The notes below the pieces were generated by a model. The model did no database searches, had not been told where the DNA came from, and saw only the letters and a program-made list of their open reading frames with translations. Positions 28,499-38,310 of a stretch of DNA of 64,000 nucleotides are shown here, piece by piece (position 1 is the first letter of the stretch; every line of letters starts with the position of its first letter). The position numbers and the translations under genes were made by a program. This DNA comes from Candidatus Aenigmatarchaeota archaeon (GTDB lineage Archaea; Aenigmatarchaeota; Aenigmatarchaeia; GW2011-AR5; JACRMX01). The stretch is taken from NCBI GenBank assembly GCA_018304635.1, contig JAGVVW010000001.1, positions 43,693 through 107,692 of the forward strand, in the 5' to 3' direction.

Positions 28499-31201
28499 AT
28501 GAAACTAAAACTTCAGGTTCTGGATGTTGATTATTTTCTAAATACGAACAAGCCTGTGGTACGAATATTTGGCAGGACAGAAAGCAGCAGGGCTGTATGT
28601 GTTTGTGTAGATGATTTTGAACCTTATTTTTATGTTAAGGCATCTTATATGGAAGTTGCCAGATTTTACGCTGATAATCCGGAAATAAAAAAAATAGAAG
28701 AGGTTGAAAGGTTTATGCCGTTGGGGTATCATCCAAAACCTACCAAGATGTTGAAAATTACATGCACATCACCGCAGAATGTTCCGCAACTGCGTGAGGA
28801 AATATTAGCATCCGGTTTTGCCGAAAGTGTTTACGAAGCTGATATTTTATTTAAATACAGGTTCATGGTTGACCATGCAATAAAGGGAATGAACTGGATT
28901 GAGGCTGATGCTAACGGAGTTTCCACAGATATAATAAATGTAGCAACGTTTCATACAACTTCGGATAAAATCAGGCCGTTGAATATAAAAACAGACAGCA
29001 AACTGAAATATATGTCTTTTGATATTGAAACACTTTCAGCTGACCCCACAAAAGAGATTAATCCAAAAACAGATAAAATAATTATCATATCAATTTCATT
29101 TTCACCTGAGTTCAAAGGAAAGAAAACTCTTGTTCTTGCTGCGAAAAAAATATTAGCTCCTGATGCCGAAGGACATGAGGATGAAAAACAGATTCTTCAG
29201 AGATTTGTGGATATATTACAGCAATATGATCCGGATATTGTTACAGGATATAACATAAACACATTCGACCTTCCGTTTTTAATAGAACGGTTATCTGTTA
29301 ATAATATTCCACGGATGCTTGGCAGGGTTAAAGATAAAATGGTTTTTATTAAAAGATTCAATAACAGTGTGCAATGTGATATTGCAGGGCGTGTGGTTGT
29401 TGATCCGTACCAGATACTTAAGCTTGACCCGAATATAAGGTTTTCCAGATATACTTTGAATAATGTTTCTGCTGAAATGCTCGGTGATAAAAAAGAGGAT
29501 GTTGCATATAAAGAAATACCAAAGTTATGGGATGGAAAAAGAAAAGACATTTTAAGGTTAATTGAATACGCAAGAAAAGATTCTGAACTCAATCTGCGCC
29601 TGCTGATGGAAAAAGGTCTTCTGGATAAATTTATTGAGTTGTCGAAAATTTCTGGTGTTTTGTTGCAGGATTCATTGGGCGGACAAACAGCGCGCATAGA
29701 GACGATGATATTGCATGCATTTAGGGATTTGAAATTTGTTCTGCCGCCGAAACCTTCTTCAATCGGCGTTAAAAAACGTACAGATGATAGGGAATCAAAA
29801 GGTCTGAAAGGTGCTATTGTTTTAGAGCCTGAAAAAGGGTTGCATACAAAAGGATGCGTTCTTATTTTTGATTTTTTAAGCCTATATCCTTCGCTTATGA
29901 GAACTTATAATATATCACCGGACACACTGCTGCTGGAAGACATGGATGTTAAGAAAAACCAGTCGCCGCTTGGTGATTATTTTGTAGATGCTTCTGTTCG
30001 TGAAGGCATATTGCCAAGACTGCTTAGGGAATTAATGGATGCAAGAAAAGCAACTAAAAAGGAAATGAAAAAAGCAATTAATGAAGACTTTAAAAGGGTT
30101 TTGAATGCAAGACAATTGGCATTAAAAATATTAGCTAATTCTTATTATGGATATACTGGTTATAGCCGTGCCAGATTATACACTATGGCTGTTGCAGGGG
30201 CTATTACATCGTATGGCAGGGAAAACATTGAAAGAACAAAAAAAACCGTCGAAGAGAACTATCCTGTTGAGGTTATATATGGTGATACGGACTCAATCTT
30301 TCTCAAGACGAAAATTACGGATATGAATGAAGCAAAAAAATTCGGAGATTCTGTATCAAAGCATGTTACTGGCAAACTTCCGGGCGTTCTTGAGCTTGAA
30401 TTTGAAAAAATTTACAGAACAATGCTTATTTTAACCAAAAAAAGATATGCTGGCTGGAGATTTGATGCTACGGATGATGGTTGGAAAGATTCTGTTGAGA
30501 TGAAAGGAATTGAAACTATCAGACGTGACTGGTGCCCACTTGTTTCAGAGACAATGAACAGTGTTATAAAGGCTATACTTATTGAAGGTGATATTCAGAA
30601 GTCAATTGGTATTGTAAAAGATGTTCTAAAGGATATCAAAAACAACAAAGTTCCACTGGAAAAACTGACTGTTGTAAAAGGCATTACAAAATCCTTAAAT
30701 AACTATGCTGGAGTGCAACCACATGTTGAGCTGGCTAAAAAGCTAAATCAAAGAAATCCAGCTGAACCAGTTCAGGTTGGTGATAGAATCGGTTATGTTA
30801 TAATCAAAGGCAATCAACTGCTGTCAAAAAGAGCTGAAGATCCTGCTTATATAAAAGAGCATAAACTTCAGATAGATTCTGATTATTATATTATGAATCA
30901 GCTACTCCCGCCAATACAAAGAATTCTTAATTCTCTGGGTATTAGCCAGTCTGAATTACTTGGTGGTGGCCATCAGTTTAATTTGATGGATATTGTTAAT
31001 GGTAAAAAAAGAGTTATGAAGCACGAGATACCTGTTTCAAAAAAGCAGGAAGTTAAAGCACTTTCTTCGTGGGAAGAATTCATTTGCTGTTCCTGCCATA
31101 AGTCATATACTTCATTTCCATTAAGGGGAATATGCGAATGCGGTGGAGAATTGAAATTTGGGTATCAAGGCAATACTGGTGAGTCTGTTTCTAAGGCGTG
31201 A
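28499..31201 (+). CDS. polB: Family B DNA polymerase (PolB3-like) with C-terminal Zn finger
   Basis: FDIET, GYNINTFD, DFLSLYPS, KILANSYYGY, YGDTDS, KKRYAG; tail CCSC...CECGG. Confidence 0.97.
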   Translation: MKLKLQVLDVDYFLNTNKPVVRIFGRTESSRAVCVCVDDFEPYFYVKASYMEVARFYADNPEIKKIEEVERFMPLGYHPKPTKMLKITCTSPQNVPQLREEILASGFAESVYEADILFKYRFMVDHAIKGMNWIEADANGVSTDIINVATFHTTSDKIRPLNIKTDSKLKYMSFDIETLSADPTKEINPKTDKIIIISISFSPEFKGKKTLVLAAKKILAPDAEGHEDEKQILQRFVDILQQYDPDIVTGYNINTFDLPFLIERLSVNNIPRMLGRVKDKMVFIKRFNNSVQCDIAGRVVVDPYQILKLDPNIRFSRYTLNNVSAEMLGDKKEDVAYKEIPKLWDGKRKDILRLIEYARKDSELNLRLLMEKGLLDKFIELSKISGVLLQDSLGGQTARIETMILHAFRDLKFVLPPKPSSIGVKKRTDDRESKGLKGAIVLEPEKGLHTKGCVLIFDFLSLYPSLMRTYNISPDTLLLEDMDVKKNQSPLGDYFVDASVREGILPRLLRELMDARKATKKEMKKAINEDFKRVLNARQLALKILANSYYGYTGYSRARLYTMAVAGAITSYGRENIERTKKTVEENYPVEVIYGDTDSIFLKTKITDMNEAKKFGDSVSKHVTGKLPGVLELEFEKIYRTMLILTKKRYAGWRFDATDDGWKDSVEMKGIETIRRDWCPLVSETMNSVIKAILIEGDIQKSIGIVKDVLKDIKNNKVPLEKLTVVKGITKSLNNYAGVQPHVELAKKLNQRNPAEPVQVGDRIGYVIIKGNQLLSKRAEDPAYIKEHKLQIDSDYYIMNQLLPPIQRILNSLGISQSELLGGGHQFNLMDIVNGKKRVMKHEIPVSKKQEVKALSSWEEFICCSCHKSYTSFPLRGICECGGELKFGYQGNTGESVSKA

Positions 31202-31227
31202 AAGAGATTCTCCCTAAAATTAGTATA

Positions 31228-31284
31228 ATATTCAGAAAGCTATGCTTTCTGATATGCCAGAGAATCTTTGGTTCTTTGAGCATG
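31228..31284. repeat. Double-hairpin repeat R5 copy a
   Basis: Near-identical to 62343-62399. Confidence 0.9.
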
Positions 31285-31579
31285 GGGAGAATCGACGTGA
31301 AGTTCATTTATCTTTTTTTATTGATTTTAGAGTAATTATTATGATAATTCCACAAGCAATAGGGGGTTGTTTTCTCCATAGGAAATGGGGGGGTTCACGG
31401 TATTCATATCGGCTATATGAAGGTAACCTCTGGTTGTTGGAAAAAGTGAACTTAAAATGAAGATGAGTCTTAATTTCACTCTTTGTTGTGTTTGGAGTAG
31501 TGAATAGCAGGATTTTAAGTTTAAGTCCTTTTCGGTGTAAACAATTATAAGTGAATTTCACGCGAGGTTTTCAAAGTGA

Positions 31580-31820
31580 TACTACCAGAACTGAAAGAGA
31601 GATTGATTGTTCCTGAAGGTTATACTACTCACTTTTGGTTCAATCCAACACCAGTATAGATAGCATATCAGGTTGCCAAGATGTTGCTGTCGGGCGCGGG
31701 GGTGGCTGGCGTCATGATGTCGGCGGGGGATGTCTCGGCGTTGGTGCGGTCTGCGGTTGCCAGAATGCGGATTCGTACGATGGCTTCCGCCTAGTTCGGG
31801 GGTCAGTTCCAAATCTTTGA
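31580..31820 (+). pseudogene. 3' remnant of a CLec/FGE-fold gene resembling a DGR target variable region
   Basis: EGYTTHFWFNPTP / frameshift / DVAVGRGGGW...DGFRLVRGS; GC-rich, A-poor, many NNC/NNT codons. Confidence 0.6.
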
Positions 31821-31933
31821 TTCATCTGTAAATTCTCTCATAAATCTTATGATTAAGTTCTTTATCCGATTTCTTTAGATCATTGAGTGCTTTCTTTATA
31901 TGTTCTGAAGCTATAATAACTGCTTTCGTGCCA

Positions 31934-32137
31934 TCAACCCTTTAACTTTACATATTTACCTTTAAGTTCTGGACTGAATATCCATACTATTCTTTTTTTG
32001 TCAATAATTATTTTGTTACTGTTTTCAAGATAAGCAAGAATTATATTAAATGTCTGGTGCATGACCTTTCTGGGTAACTCTCTTTTAAGCTCTGCTTTGG
32101 TTGGGTAATACTCCAAATTCTTATGTTGAATTATCAC
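31934..32137 (-). pseudogene. Truncated small wHTH protein
   Basis: PTKAELKRELPRKVMHQTF..IL.YLE.SNKI; N-terminus appears missing. Confidence 0.55.
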
Positions 32138-32335
32138 AGCAAGTCAACTCAGTAAAAAGTATAGAGTAGGCATTTTTAGAATGAATCAGAGCAGATTATA
32201 GGTCAATGCCGCACCCGGATTTTATCAGGGAATATGACCTATAATTGAGAAAAATAAAACAAGGCTGCAGAACATTGTTTCATCCTTTCTATAGCTTTAA
32301 ATCTATAATATCCCAAATTACCTTAGGTAGTTTCT

Positions 32336-33577
32336 ATGAACAAGAAAATAAGCGATGATGAGAAAATAAATGATAGTTTGAAAATCAAAGAACAGGCTGA
32401 TACTGCTTCAGATCAGGGCAAAAATGCACAAAAACTACCTAAAATATCAAAGGAAATGGAAGAATTCCATAAAAAGCAAATGGAATTAGCTAATAAATTT
32501 AAAGATGATGTTCTTAAGAAATACGACAAATTCGTAAAAGCTGTTATAATTTTCGGTTCATTAACGAGGGGAGATTTTAAAAAAGAAAGTGATATAGATA
32601 TTTTAGTTATTATTGATGATACTACAGCGCGATTTACGCCAGAAATGAAAGATATGTTTGACCTCAATCTTCATGACATAGCTAAGGTTATAGACAGTCA
32701 GATAGTTGTTCAGCCAGCATGGACATTGACTGAGTTTTGGGATATGGCTCGAATCGGGCATCCTCTATTATATACCATAGTAAGAGACGGCTGGGCTCTT
32801 TATGATACTGGTTTCTTTATACCTATAAGAAAATTGCTTGAGCTTGGAAAAATACCCACAACATTAGAAGCTGTTGAACGCTTTATGGAATCTGTGCCAA
32901 AGAAAATAAAGCGGGTTGAGACAGCTAAATTATATATGGTAGCTGAAGACCTGTATTACTCCATGCTTAATTCATCACAGGCTGTTTTGATGTTTTTGGG
33001 ATTATCTCCTCCTGCACCTAAATTCACGCCATTAGCTGTGAAAGAACATCTGATAGATACTGAATTATTAGAGTCTGATTATCTTCGGGACCTTGAAAAG
33101 GTTATAGAATTTAGAAAAGGTGTTGAGCATAAAACTATAAACGACATTTCAGGTGAGGACTTGGATATGTATATACGAAAGACAAAGAGATATGTTGAAA
33201 GAATGGAAGAGCTGCTACTGAAATTGCAAAAGACAAAAAAAGAGAATATGATTGACAAAAATTATGAAATTCTGATAAAAGCCTCAGTAACAGCATTAAA
33301 ACAAATCAACAAACTTCCGCAGGATCCAAAAGACCTGCCGGATGCTATAAAGACATATTTAATTGAAAGTGATAAAATACATGCATCATATAATGATGTG
33401 TTCAAAAAGGTTTTGACAATGCGCAAATTGCTGGACGAAAACAAAGCTGATGAGATACCACAGCGGGATGTTGAACTAATGCGCGAATACGTCAGAAGAT
33501 TTATAAGAGACATGGCACCCATGCTTGGTGATGCAAAAAAAGAAATTAATGAAAAACAAGAACGGAAAAAACAATGA
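32336..33577 (+). CDS. MNT-HEPN fusion protein
   Basis: IFGSLTRG...SDIDILVIIDD followed by LYYSML..SQA HEPN-like helices. Confidence 0.85.
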   Translation: MNKKISDDEKINDSLKIKEQADTASDQGKNAQKLPKISKEMEEFHKKQMELANKFKDDVLKKYDKFVKAVIIFGSLTRGDFKKESDIDILVIIDDTTARFTPEMKDMFDLNLHDIAKVIDSQIVVQPAWTLTEFWDMARIGHPLLYTIVRDGWALYDTGFFIPIRKLLELGKIPTTLEAVERFMESVPKKIKRVETAKLYMVAEDLYYSMLNSSQAVLMFLGLSPPAPKFTPLAVKEHLIDTELLESDYLRDLEKVIEFRKGVEHKTINDISGEDLDMYIRKTKRYVERMEELLLKLQKTKKENMIDKNYEILIKASVTALKQINKLPQDPKDLPDAIKTYLIESDKIHASYNDVFKKVLTMRKLLDENKADEIPQRDVELMREYVRRFIRDMAPMLGDAKKEINEKQERKKQ

Positions 33578-33580
33578 GAA

Positions 33581-33889
33581 GTGAATGAGATAAGAAAAAT
33601 ATCAACCGGAATATTCGGAATAAAAGAGGGAAAGGTTTGGATAATAAAATATTCAACGTATGGTGGCGGTTTTGTGCGGTTTAAATATTATGTTCACGGG
33701 CTTTGGATATTCGGAAGCATTATGTTTTTCATAGGTGCGATTATTGCTATGTTTTGGCAATATGATCCTTTGGGAAGCACTGTATGGAGCAATGCTATTT
33801 CACTTTTGATGAGCTTTGTATTATTTCTGATGGCAGGCTTGTTCTGGATATCTGCTGCAATCAATGCAAGGCAGGAGGGGGAGAGGTGA
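33581..33889 (+). CDS. Small 2-TM membrane protein
   Basis: Hydrophobic; ends FWISAAIN; true start probably downstream. Confidence 0.65.
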   Translation: MNEIRKISTGIFGIKEGKVWIIKYSTYGGGFVRFKYYVHGLWIFGSIMFFIGAIIAMFWQYDPLGSTVWSNAISLLMSFVLFLMAGLFWISAAINARQEGER

Positions 33890-33890
33890 A

Positions 33891-34151
33891 ATGAATGCTG
33901 ATAATCAGGTAAATGTTTATACAGGAACGGGTGTTGAAAGTGCTATAGATGTTTTACGAAAATATCATGGAAATTTTTTAATAGAGCATGATGGCAGAAA
34001 AAGAATATTTACATTAAATTATGGTGACTGGGTTGAAACACCAAATCAATTAATGCCAGTTCCTTTGGAATATGTTTTATACGGAAATTGCTTAAATAAA
34101 TGGACAATTACCAGTGGGTCGGGTGTATGCTCTCCTTATGATGGGTTGTGA
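33891..34151 (+). CDS. Hypothetical protein
   Basis: RBS GAGGTGA before ATG. Confidence 0.6.
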   Translation: MNADNQVNVYTGTGVESAIDVLRKYHGNFLIEHDGRKRIFTLNYGDWVETPNQLMPVPLEYVLYGNCLNKWTITSGSGVCSPYDGL

Positions 34152-34345
34152 TAATAATGAAATTCGATCTTTATACGCATGGTTCGCTAATTTTAGGAGC
34201 GATGTTCATGTTTTTAGGCATGCGATTCGGAAGCAGATTTTATATGCTTTCGCCTGAATCTTTTTTGAGCATGATAATAGGCTTGTTCTTTATCCTGATA
34301 GCTGGGATATTCTGGATATCTGCAGCTATAAACTGGGAGAGATAG
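34148..34345 (+). CDS. Small 2-TM membrane protein, paralog of 33581-33889
   Basis: Shares HG..I.G.. and AG.FWISAAIN. Confidence 0.7.
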   Translation: MIIMKFDLYTHGSLILGAMFMFLGMRFGSRFYMLSPESFLSMIIGLFFILIAGIFWISAAINWER

Positions 34346-34389
34346 GCCTCAAAAGTTAACAATTAAAGTCTTTACGGCGTAGTTATAAT

Positions 34390-35040
34390 ATGAAAATATT
34401 CAGGAATATTGAACTGCTTGATGGCCAATATGGTTGCAATGTATATTTAATAGACGGAGAGGTTTTGATTGATACTGGAACCGGGCTGAATTTTGTTGAC
34501 ATGAAAAAACAAATCGAACAAGTGTGTGATATCAGGCACCTAAAGACAATTGTTAATACACACTCTCATTTTGACCATACTGGTGGAGATAAAAAAACAA
34601 GGGACTGGCTGAAAGCTAAGATAGCAATCCATGAAAAAGACGTGGATGACCTTCATTCAGCCAATGTACTGGCTGAAAAATTCGGGACAACTGCGAGAAT
34701 AATCACAGCTGATGAGGCTCTTAATTTTGGAGACTTTATACGTACGACAAATTTTAATTTTGAAGTTATTCATACACCGGGCCATACACCGGGATCAATA
34801 TGTCTTTATGAAAAGGATAAAAAAATACTGATTTCAGGTGATACCCTGTTTGCAGATTCGGTCGGCAGGACTGATTTGCCAAAGGGCAATCAAAAAGCAC
34901 TGACAGATTCGTTGAAAATTATTCTTGATTTAAACACAGAATATTTGTTTCCAGGCCACGGTCCAATGAAATATGGTGGAATTTCATTTGTCGTTAAAAG
35001 AATGCTGAATCATTTAGTGGAGCATGATAAATTTTTATAA
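34390..35040 (+). CDS. MBL-fold hydrolase (glyoxalase II-like)
   Basis: THSHFDH, HTPGHTPGS, SGDTLF, PGHG. Confidence 0.93.
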   Translation: MKIFRNIELLDGQYGCNVYLIDGEVLIDTGTGLNFVDMKKQIEQVCDIRHLKTIVNTHSHFDHTGGDKKTRDWLKAKIAIHEKDVDDLHSANVLAEKFGTTARIITADEALNFGDFIRTTNFNFEVIHTPGHTPGSICLYEKDKKILISGDTLFADSVGRTDLPKGNQKALTDSLKIILDLNTEYLFPGHGPMKYGGISFVVKRMLNHLVEHDKFL

Positions 35041-35224
35041 TATGAATCCCGATAAAAAAGAGGATTATACATATCAACCGCAAACAACATCGGAAAGAAC
35101 AGTCTTTATGATTCCATATTGAAAATATTAAGCTAAAAGTATTTAATATCTTTTCCAGAGTTTTCAGAAACAGTTATATGAGTACTTCGCAAAGTTTAAA
35201 TATTGTTATATCATTATAGAATCA

Positions 35225-35730
35225 GTGTGGTCCTGAAGTGCAACCTCCGTTGCTTTATGCAAAGCAATGAGGAAGTTCTGTCCACTCAGCTTAAGAGTGA
35301 TGATAGCCAGATTTCTAAGTATTGAATGTCGGCGATCAACGAACTTAGGCAAATATGATGCAGAAAATGTGGTTGAAAAGCCACTATTGAGAACAGAAAC
35401 GATACCATCGGGCTGATACGTGATGAGGCCTGAGGAGAAAATAATTCGGTAATCTCAAAGGGTAGCTTTTAAATAAATAATATGTGACTTGAAAAGTTGC
35501 ATATCGGGAAAGAGGTTATCCAAAGGAGAAAACCTGGGTTTTTTCCTGGGGTGAAACGACTCAATACATATGAGTGCAAGCAGTTTAGCGCTGAGACAAA
35601 TGGTTGCCATACCTTTCTGATGAAGCGGAAGTTGAAAGGCGCATTCTGATAAATTCGGTGATATATAAAAGATGCGTCAAGTTTTTCCGCAGAAAAGGTG
35701 AACAGAAGACAGGCTATTCACAGGCCACAC
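35225..35730 (+). ncRNA. rnpB: RNase P RNA, expanded (about 506 nt)
   Basis: P1 gtgtggtcctg/caggccacac; GAGGAAGTTCTGTCCAC pairs with AACAGAAGACAG (P4); ACAGAAAC, GGTGAAACG, GAGTGCAAG, AGACAAATG; TTTAAATA promoter upstream. Confidence 0.92.
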
Positions 35731-35859
35731 ACATTTATTTTAAATAAGCCTTATTAAAACCCTATAATAAAAGATAGTGATTATACTTTCTCAACCTGCT
35801 TTCTTATTGTATTGATATGGCTTTTCAATATCTCATTAATTAATATGTCCCTATCACGG

Positions 35860-36633
35860 TTACATTCTTCTAAAAACACAGGCTCCGATTAAAACCAGAA
35901 CTGTTGAAAATAATAACAATGCAGCCAAATCCAGCCATAATGGAAATATGCTGTGGCTGATTAATGATGCACGCAAGCCATCAATGCCGTATGTTAAAGG
36001 ATCGAAATATGCAATTGTCTGCATCCATTGGGGTGTGTTTTCCAGAGGGAATAAGGCACCTGAAAGAAAAAATACAGGCATGATAAGAAATGACATCACC
36101 ATCTGAAAACCTTCCATGCTTTTCATTTTTGATGCAATGATCAGGCCAATAGATACAAAACACATGGCTGTAAGTATCATAAATATAACAGCAGGAACTA
36201 TTCCTATACTTATTGGTATGAAACCTATCAATATTGTTATCAGTATCATAATCAAAGCACTAACAACAGCTATAGTTGCGCCGCCAAGGACTTTTCCAAG
36301 CATTATACTGGAACGGGATACTGGTGCGACAAGAATTTCCTTAAGAAATCCAAACTGCCTGTCCCATATAATAGACATCCCTGAAAAAATAGACGTGAAT
36401 AAAATTATCATTCCTATGATTCCGGGAGCAAGAAAATTGATATAGTTCATTTCTGTCACAACAGATCCAAAGCCAACACCGATAAAAATAAGCCAAAAAA
36501 ATGGCATAGCGAGACTGGTTATTATTCTGGATCTTGCTCTAATAAAGCGAATCATTTCCCTGAGCCATATTGTATAAATGTCTGACAGTATATTTATCAC
36601 CTGATGTTGAAGGCAGTTATCGTTTCCATCCAA
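35860..36633 (-). CDS. ABC-2 type transporter permease
   Basis: DRQFGFLKEILVAP, SGALFP, PLTYGIDGLR. Confidence 0.95.
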   Translation of the reverse strand: MDGNDNCLQHQVINILSDIYTIWLREMIRFIRARSRIITSLAMPFFWLIFIGVGFGSVVTEMNYINFLAPGIIGMIILFTSIFSGMSIIWDRQFGFLKEILVAPVSRSSIMLGKVLGGATIAVVSALIMILITILIGFIPISIGIVPAVIFMILTAMCFVSIGLIIASKMKSMEGFQMVMSFLIMPVFFLSGALFPLENTPQWMQTIAYFDPLTYGIDGLRASLISHSIFPLWLDLAALLLFSTVLVLIGACVFRRM

Positions 36634-37426
36634 GTCTTGCCCTGAACCTTATGTTATCCAGTTCAGGGCCTTCATAATCACGAATTGCATGTCCGGTATA
36701 CCAGATAAAAACATCTTCAAGAGTTGGTTTTTTCACGGAGCTTATAGAACTCTTCAGTTTTTTGGGCGTTCCGAGAGCAACAATTTTTCCATGGTCTATA
36801 ATCGCAATTCTTTTGCAAAGATAATCAGCTTCTTCCATGTAATGAGTTGTTAAAATTATTGTAATTTTCTCTTCTTTGTTCAGCTTTTTTATATATTCCC
36901 AGATATGTCTTCGTGTCTGAGGATCCAGGCCAAGTGTAGGTTCATCAAGAAATAATATTTTTGGATGATGAAGCAATCCACGGGCAATTTCTAGCCTGCG
37001 TTTCATTCCGCCTGAATAAGTTTTAACAAGCATCTTTGATTTGCCTTCAAGATCAACAAGCTTCAGAACATCATTAATTCTTTTTTTGCTTAATTCATGT
37101 GGCATATGATACAGTTTGCTGTGGAATGTAAGATTTTCCATTCCTGTTAATTCATCATCAAGGCTGGGGTCCTGAAAAACTATGCCAATTAATTTTCTCA
37201 CGCTGTTCTGATAACTGATATTGATGCCATTGATTTTCGCATTGCCTGATGAAGGCTTTAAAATTGTTGATAGCATGCTGATCATGGTTGTTTTTCCAGC
37301 GCCATTTGGACCCAGTAGCCCAAAGAGTTCAGCCTGCTTGATTCTGAGATTGATCGAATCAACTGCGGCAGTGCCATTATAATTCTTTGTTAAATTTTCG
37401 ATTTCTATTGCATCCATATTTAACAA
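36617..37426 (-). CDS. ABC transporter ATP-binding protein (DrrA-like)
   Basis: GPNGAGKT, YSGGM, LDEP. Confidence 0.96.
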   Translation of the reverse strand: MLNMDAIEIENLTKNYNGTAAVDSINLRIKQAELFGLLGPNGAGKTTMISMLSTILKPSSGNAKINGINISYQNSVRKLIGIVFQDPSLDDELTGMENLTFHSKLYHMPHELSKKRINDVLKLVDLEGKSKMLVKTYSGGMKRRLEIARGLLHHPKILFLDEPTLGLDPQTRRHIWEYIKKLNKEEKITIILTTHYMEEADYLCKRIAIIDHGKIVALGTPKKLKSSISSVKKPTLEDVFIWYTGHAIRDYEGPELDNIRFRARLGWKR

Positions 37427-37471
37427 CTCCGATATTGATTGGTGTTCACATTATAATACTGAAGGACATAA

Positions 37472-37514
37472 ATCAAATACCCTGTGCTAAAGGTATTTTT
37501 GAATGTAAAATAAA
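37472..37514. repeat. Hairpin repeat R4 copy b (internally deleted)
   Basis: atcaaataccctgtgctaaaggtatttttgaatgtaaaataaa. Confidence 0.8.
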
Positions 37515-37548
37515 TTAACTTATACTGTCCAATATATTATAAAATTAT

Positions 37549-38295
37549 ATGAAACGCTTCTGGGAACTGGATTTTTTGCGCGGTGTAGCGATAATCATGA
37601 TGATTATTTTTCATCTTCTATACGATCTGAGTTATCTTTCTATTTTTCCTGTGAATACCACAAGTGGTTTCTGGCGCATTTTTGGATATGGTTCAGCAGT
37701 GATATTTCTTTCTCTTGTCGGGTGCTGCCTTTATGTGAGCAGTTCGCGTACAAACATTGGGTTGAAAACTTCATTGCCTAAAAAGTATATCATGCGCGGA
37801 TTAAAAATATTTTCACTTGGCCTTGTGCTTACTGCGATAACGTGGATAATGTTTCCAAGGGAATTTATAGTTTTCGGAGTTCTTCACCTGATAGGATTCT
37901 CTATAATTATTTTAACACCTTTTATTAGATTCAAATATATTATGTTATTTGCAGGAATATTTATTCTTGTTCTGAGTCCGGTTGTGCAAGCTGCGGTTGT
38001 AGACATGCCATATTTTGTATGGCTGGGCTTTATGTACAGAGGCTTTTCAACACTGGATTATTTTCCTGTTTTTCCCTGGATAGCTGCTGTTATGTTTGGA
38101 ATTTTTGCAGGCCATGTATTTTATAAAAACAAAGTGAGACAACACACTTTCTTTTTTTCTTCCCGAAATGAATTTTCACGTCCAATTCAATACCTTGGCA
38201 AGCATTCTTTATTGATATATCTTTTGCATCAGCCAATTATTTTTGGGATATTATTGGGGCTGAAAAATATTGGAATTGTATGGATAATTGCATAA
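37549..38295 (+). CDS. DUF1624 / HGSNAT-like membrane acyltransferase
   Basis: RFWELDFLRG, FGVLH, DYFPVFPW, GKHSL.IYLLHQP. Confidence 0.9.
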   Translation: MKRFWELDFLRGVAIIMMIIFHLLYDLSYLSIFPVNTTSGFWRIFGYGSAVIFLSLVGCCLYVSSSRTNIGLKTSLPKKYIMRGLKIFSLGLVLTAITWIMFPREFIVFGVLHLIGFSIIILTPFIRFKYIMLFAGIFILVLSPVVQAAVVDMPYFVWLGFMYRGFSTLDYFPVFPWIAAVMFGIFAGHVFYKNKVRQHTFFFSSRNEFSRPIQYLGKHSLLIYLLHQPIIFGILLGLKNIGIVWIIA

Positions 38296-38310
38296 TTTAT
38301 ATGAAGTAGT

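Noticed and set aside
31582-31812. Arg/His-rich minus-strand ORF, or an RNA gene explaining the GC-rich patch
   Set aside because: The plus-strand RGGxW...GFR reading explains the patch better; no tRNA/rRNA motifs
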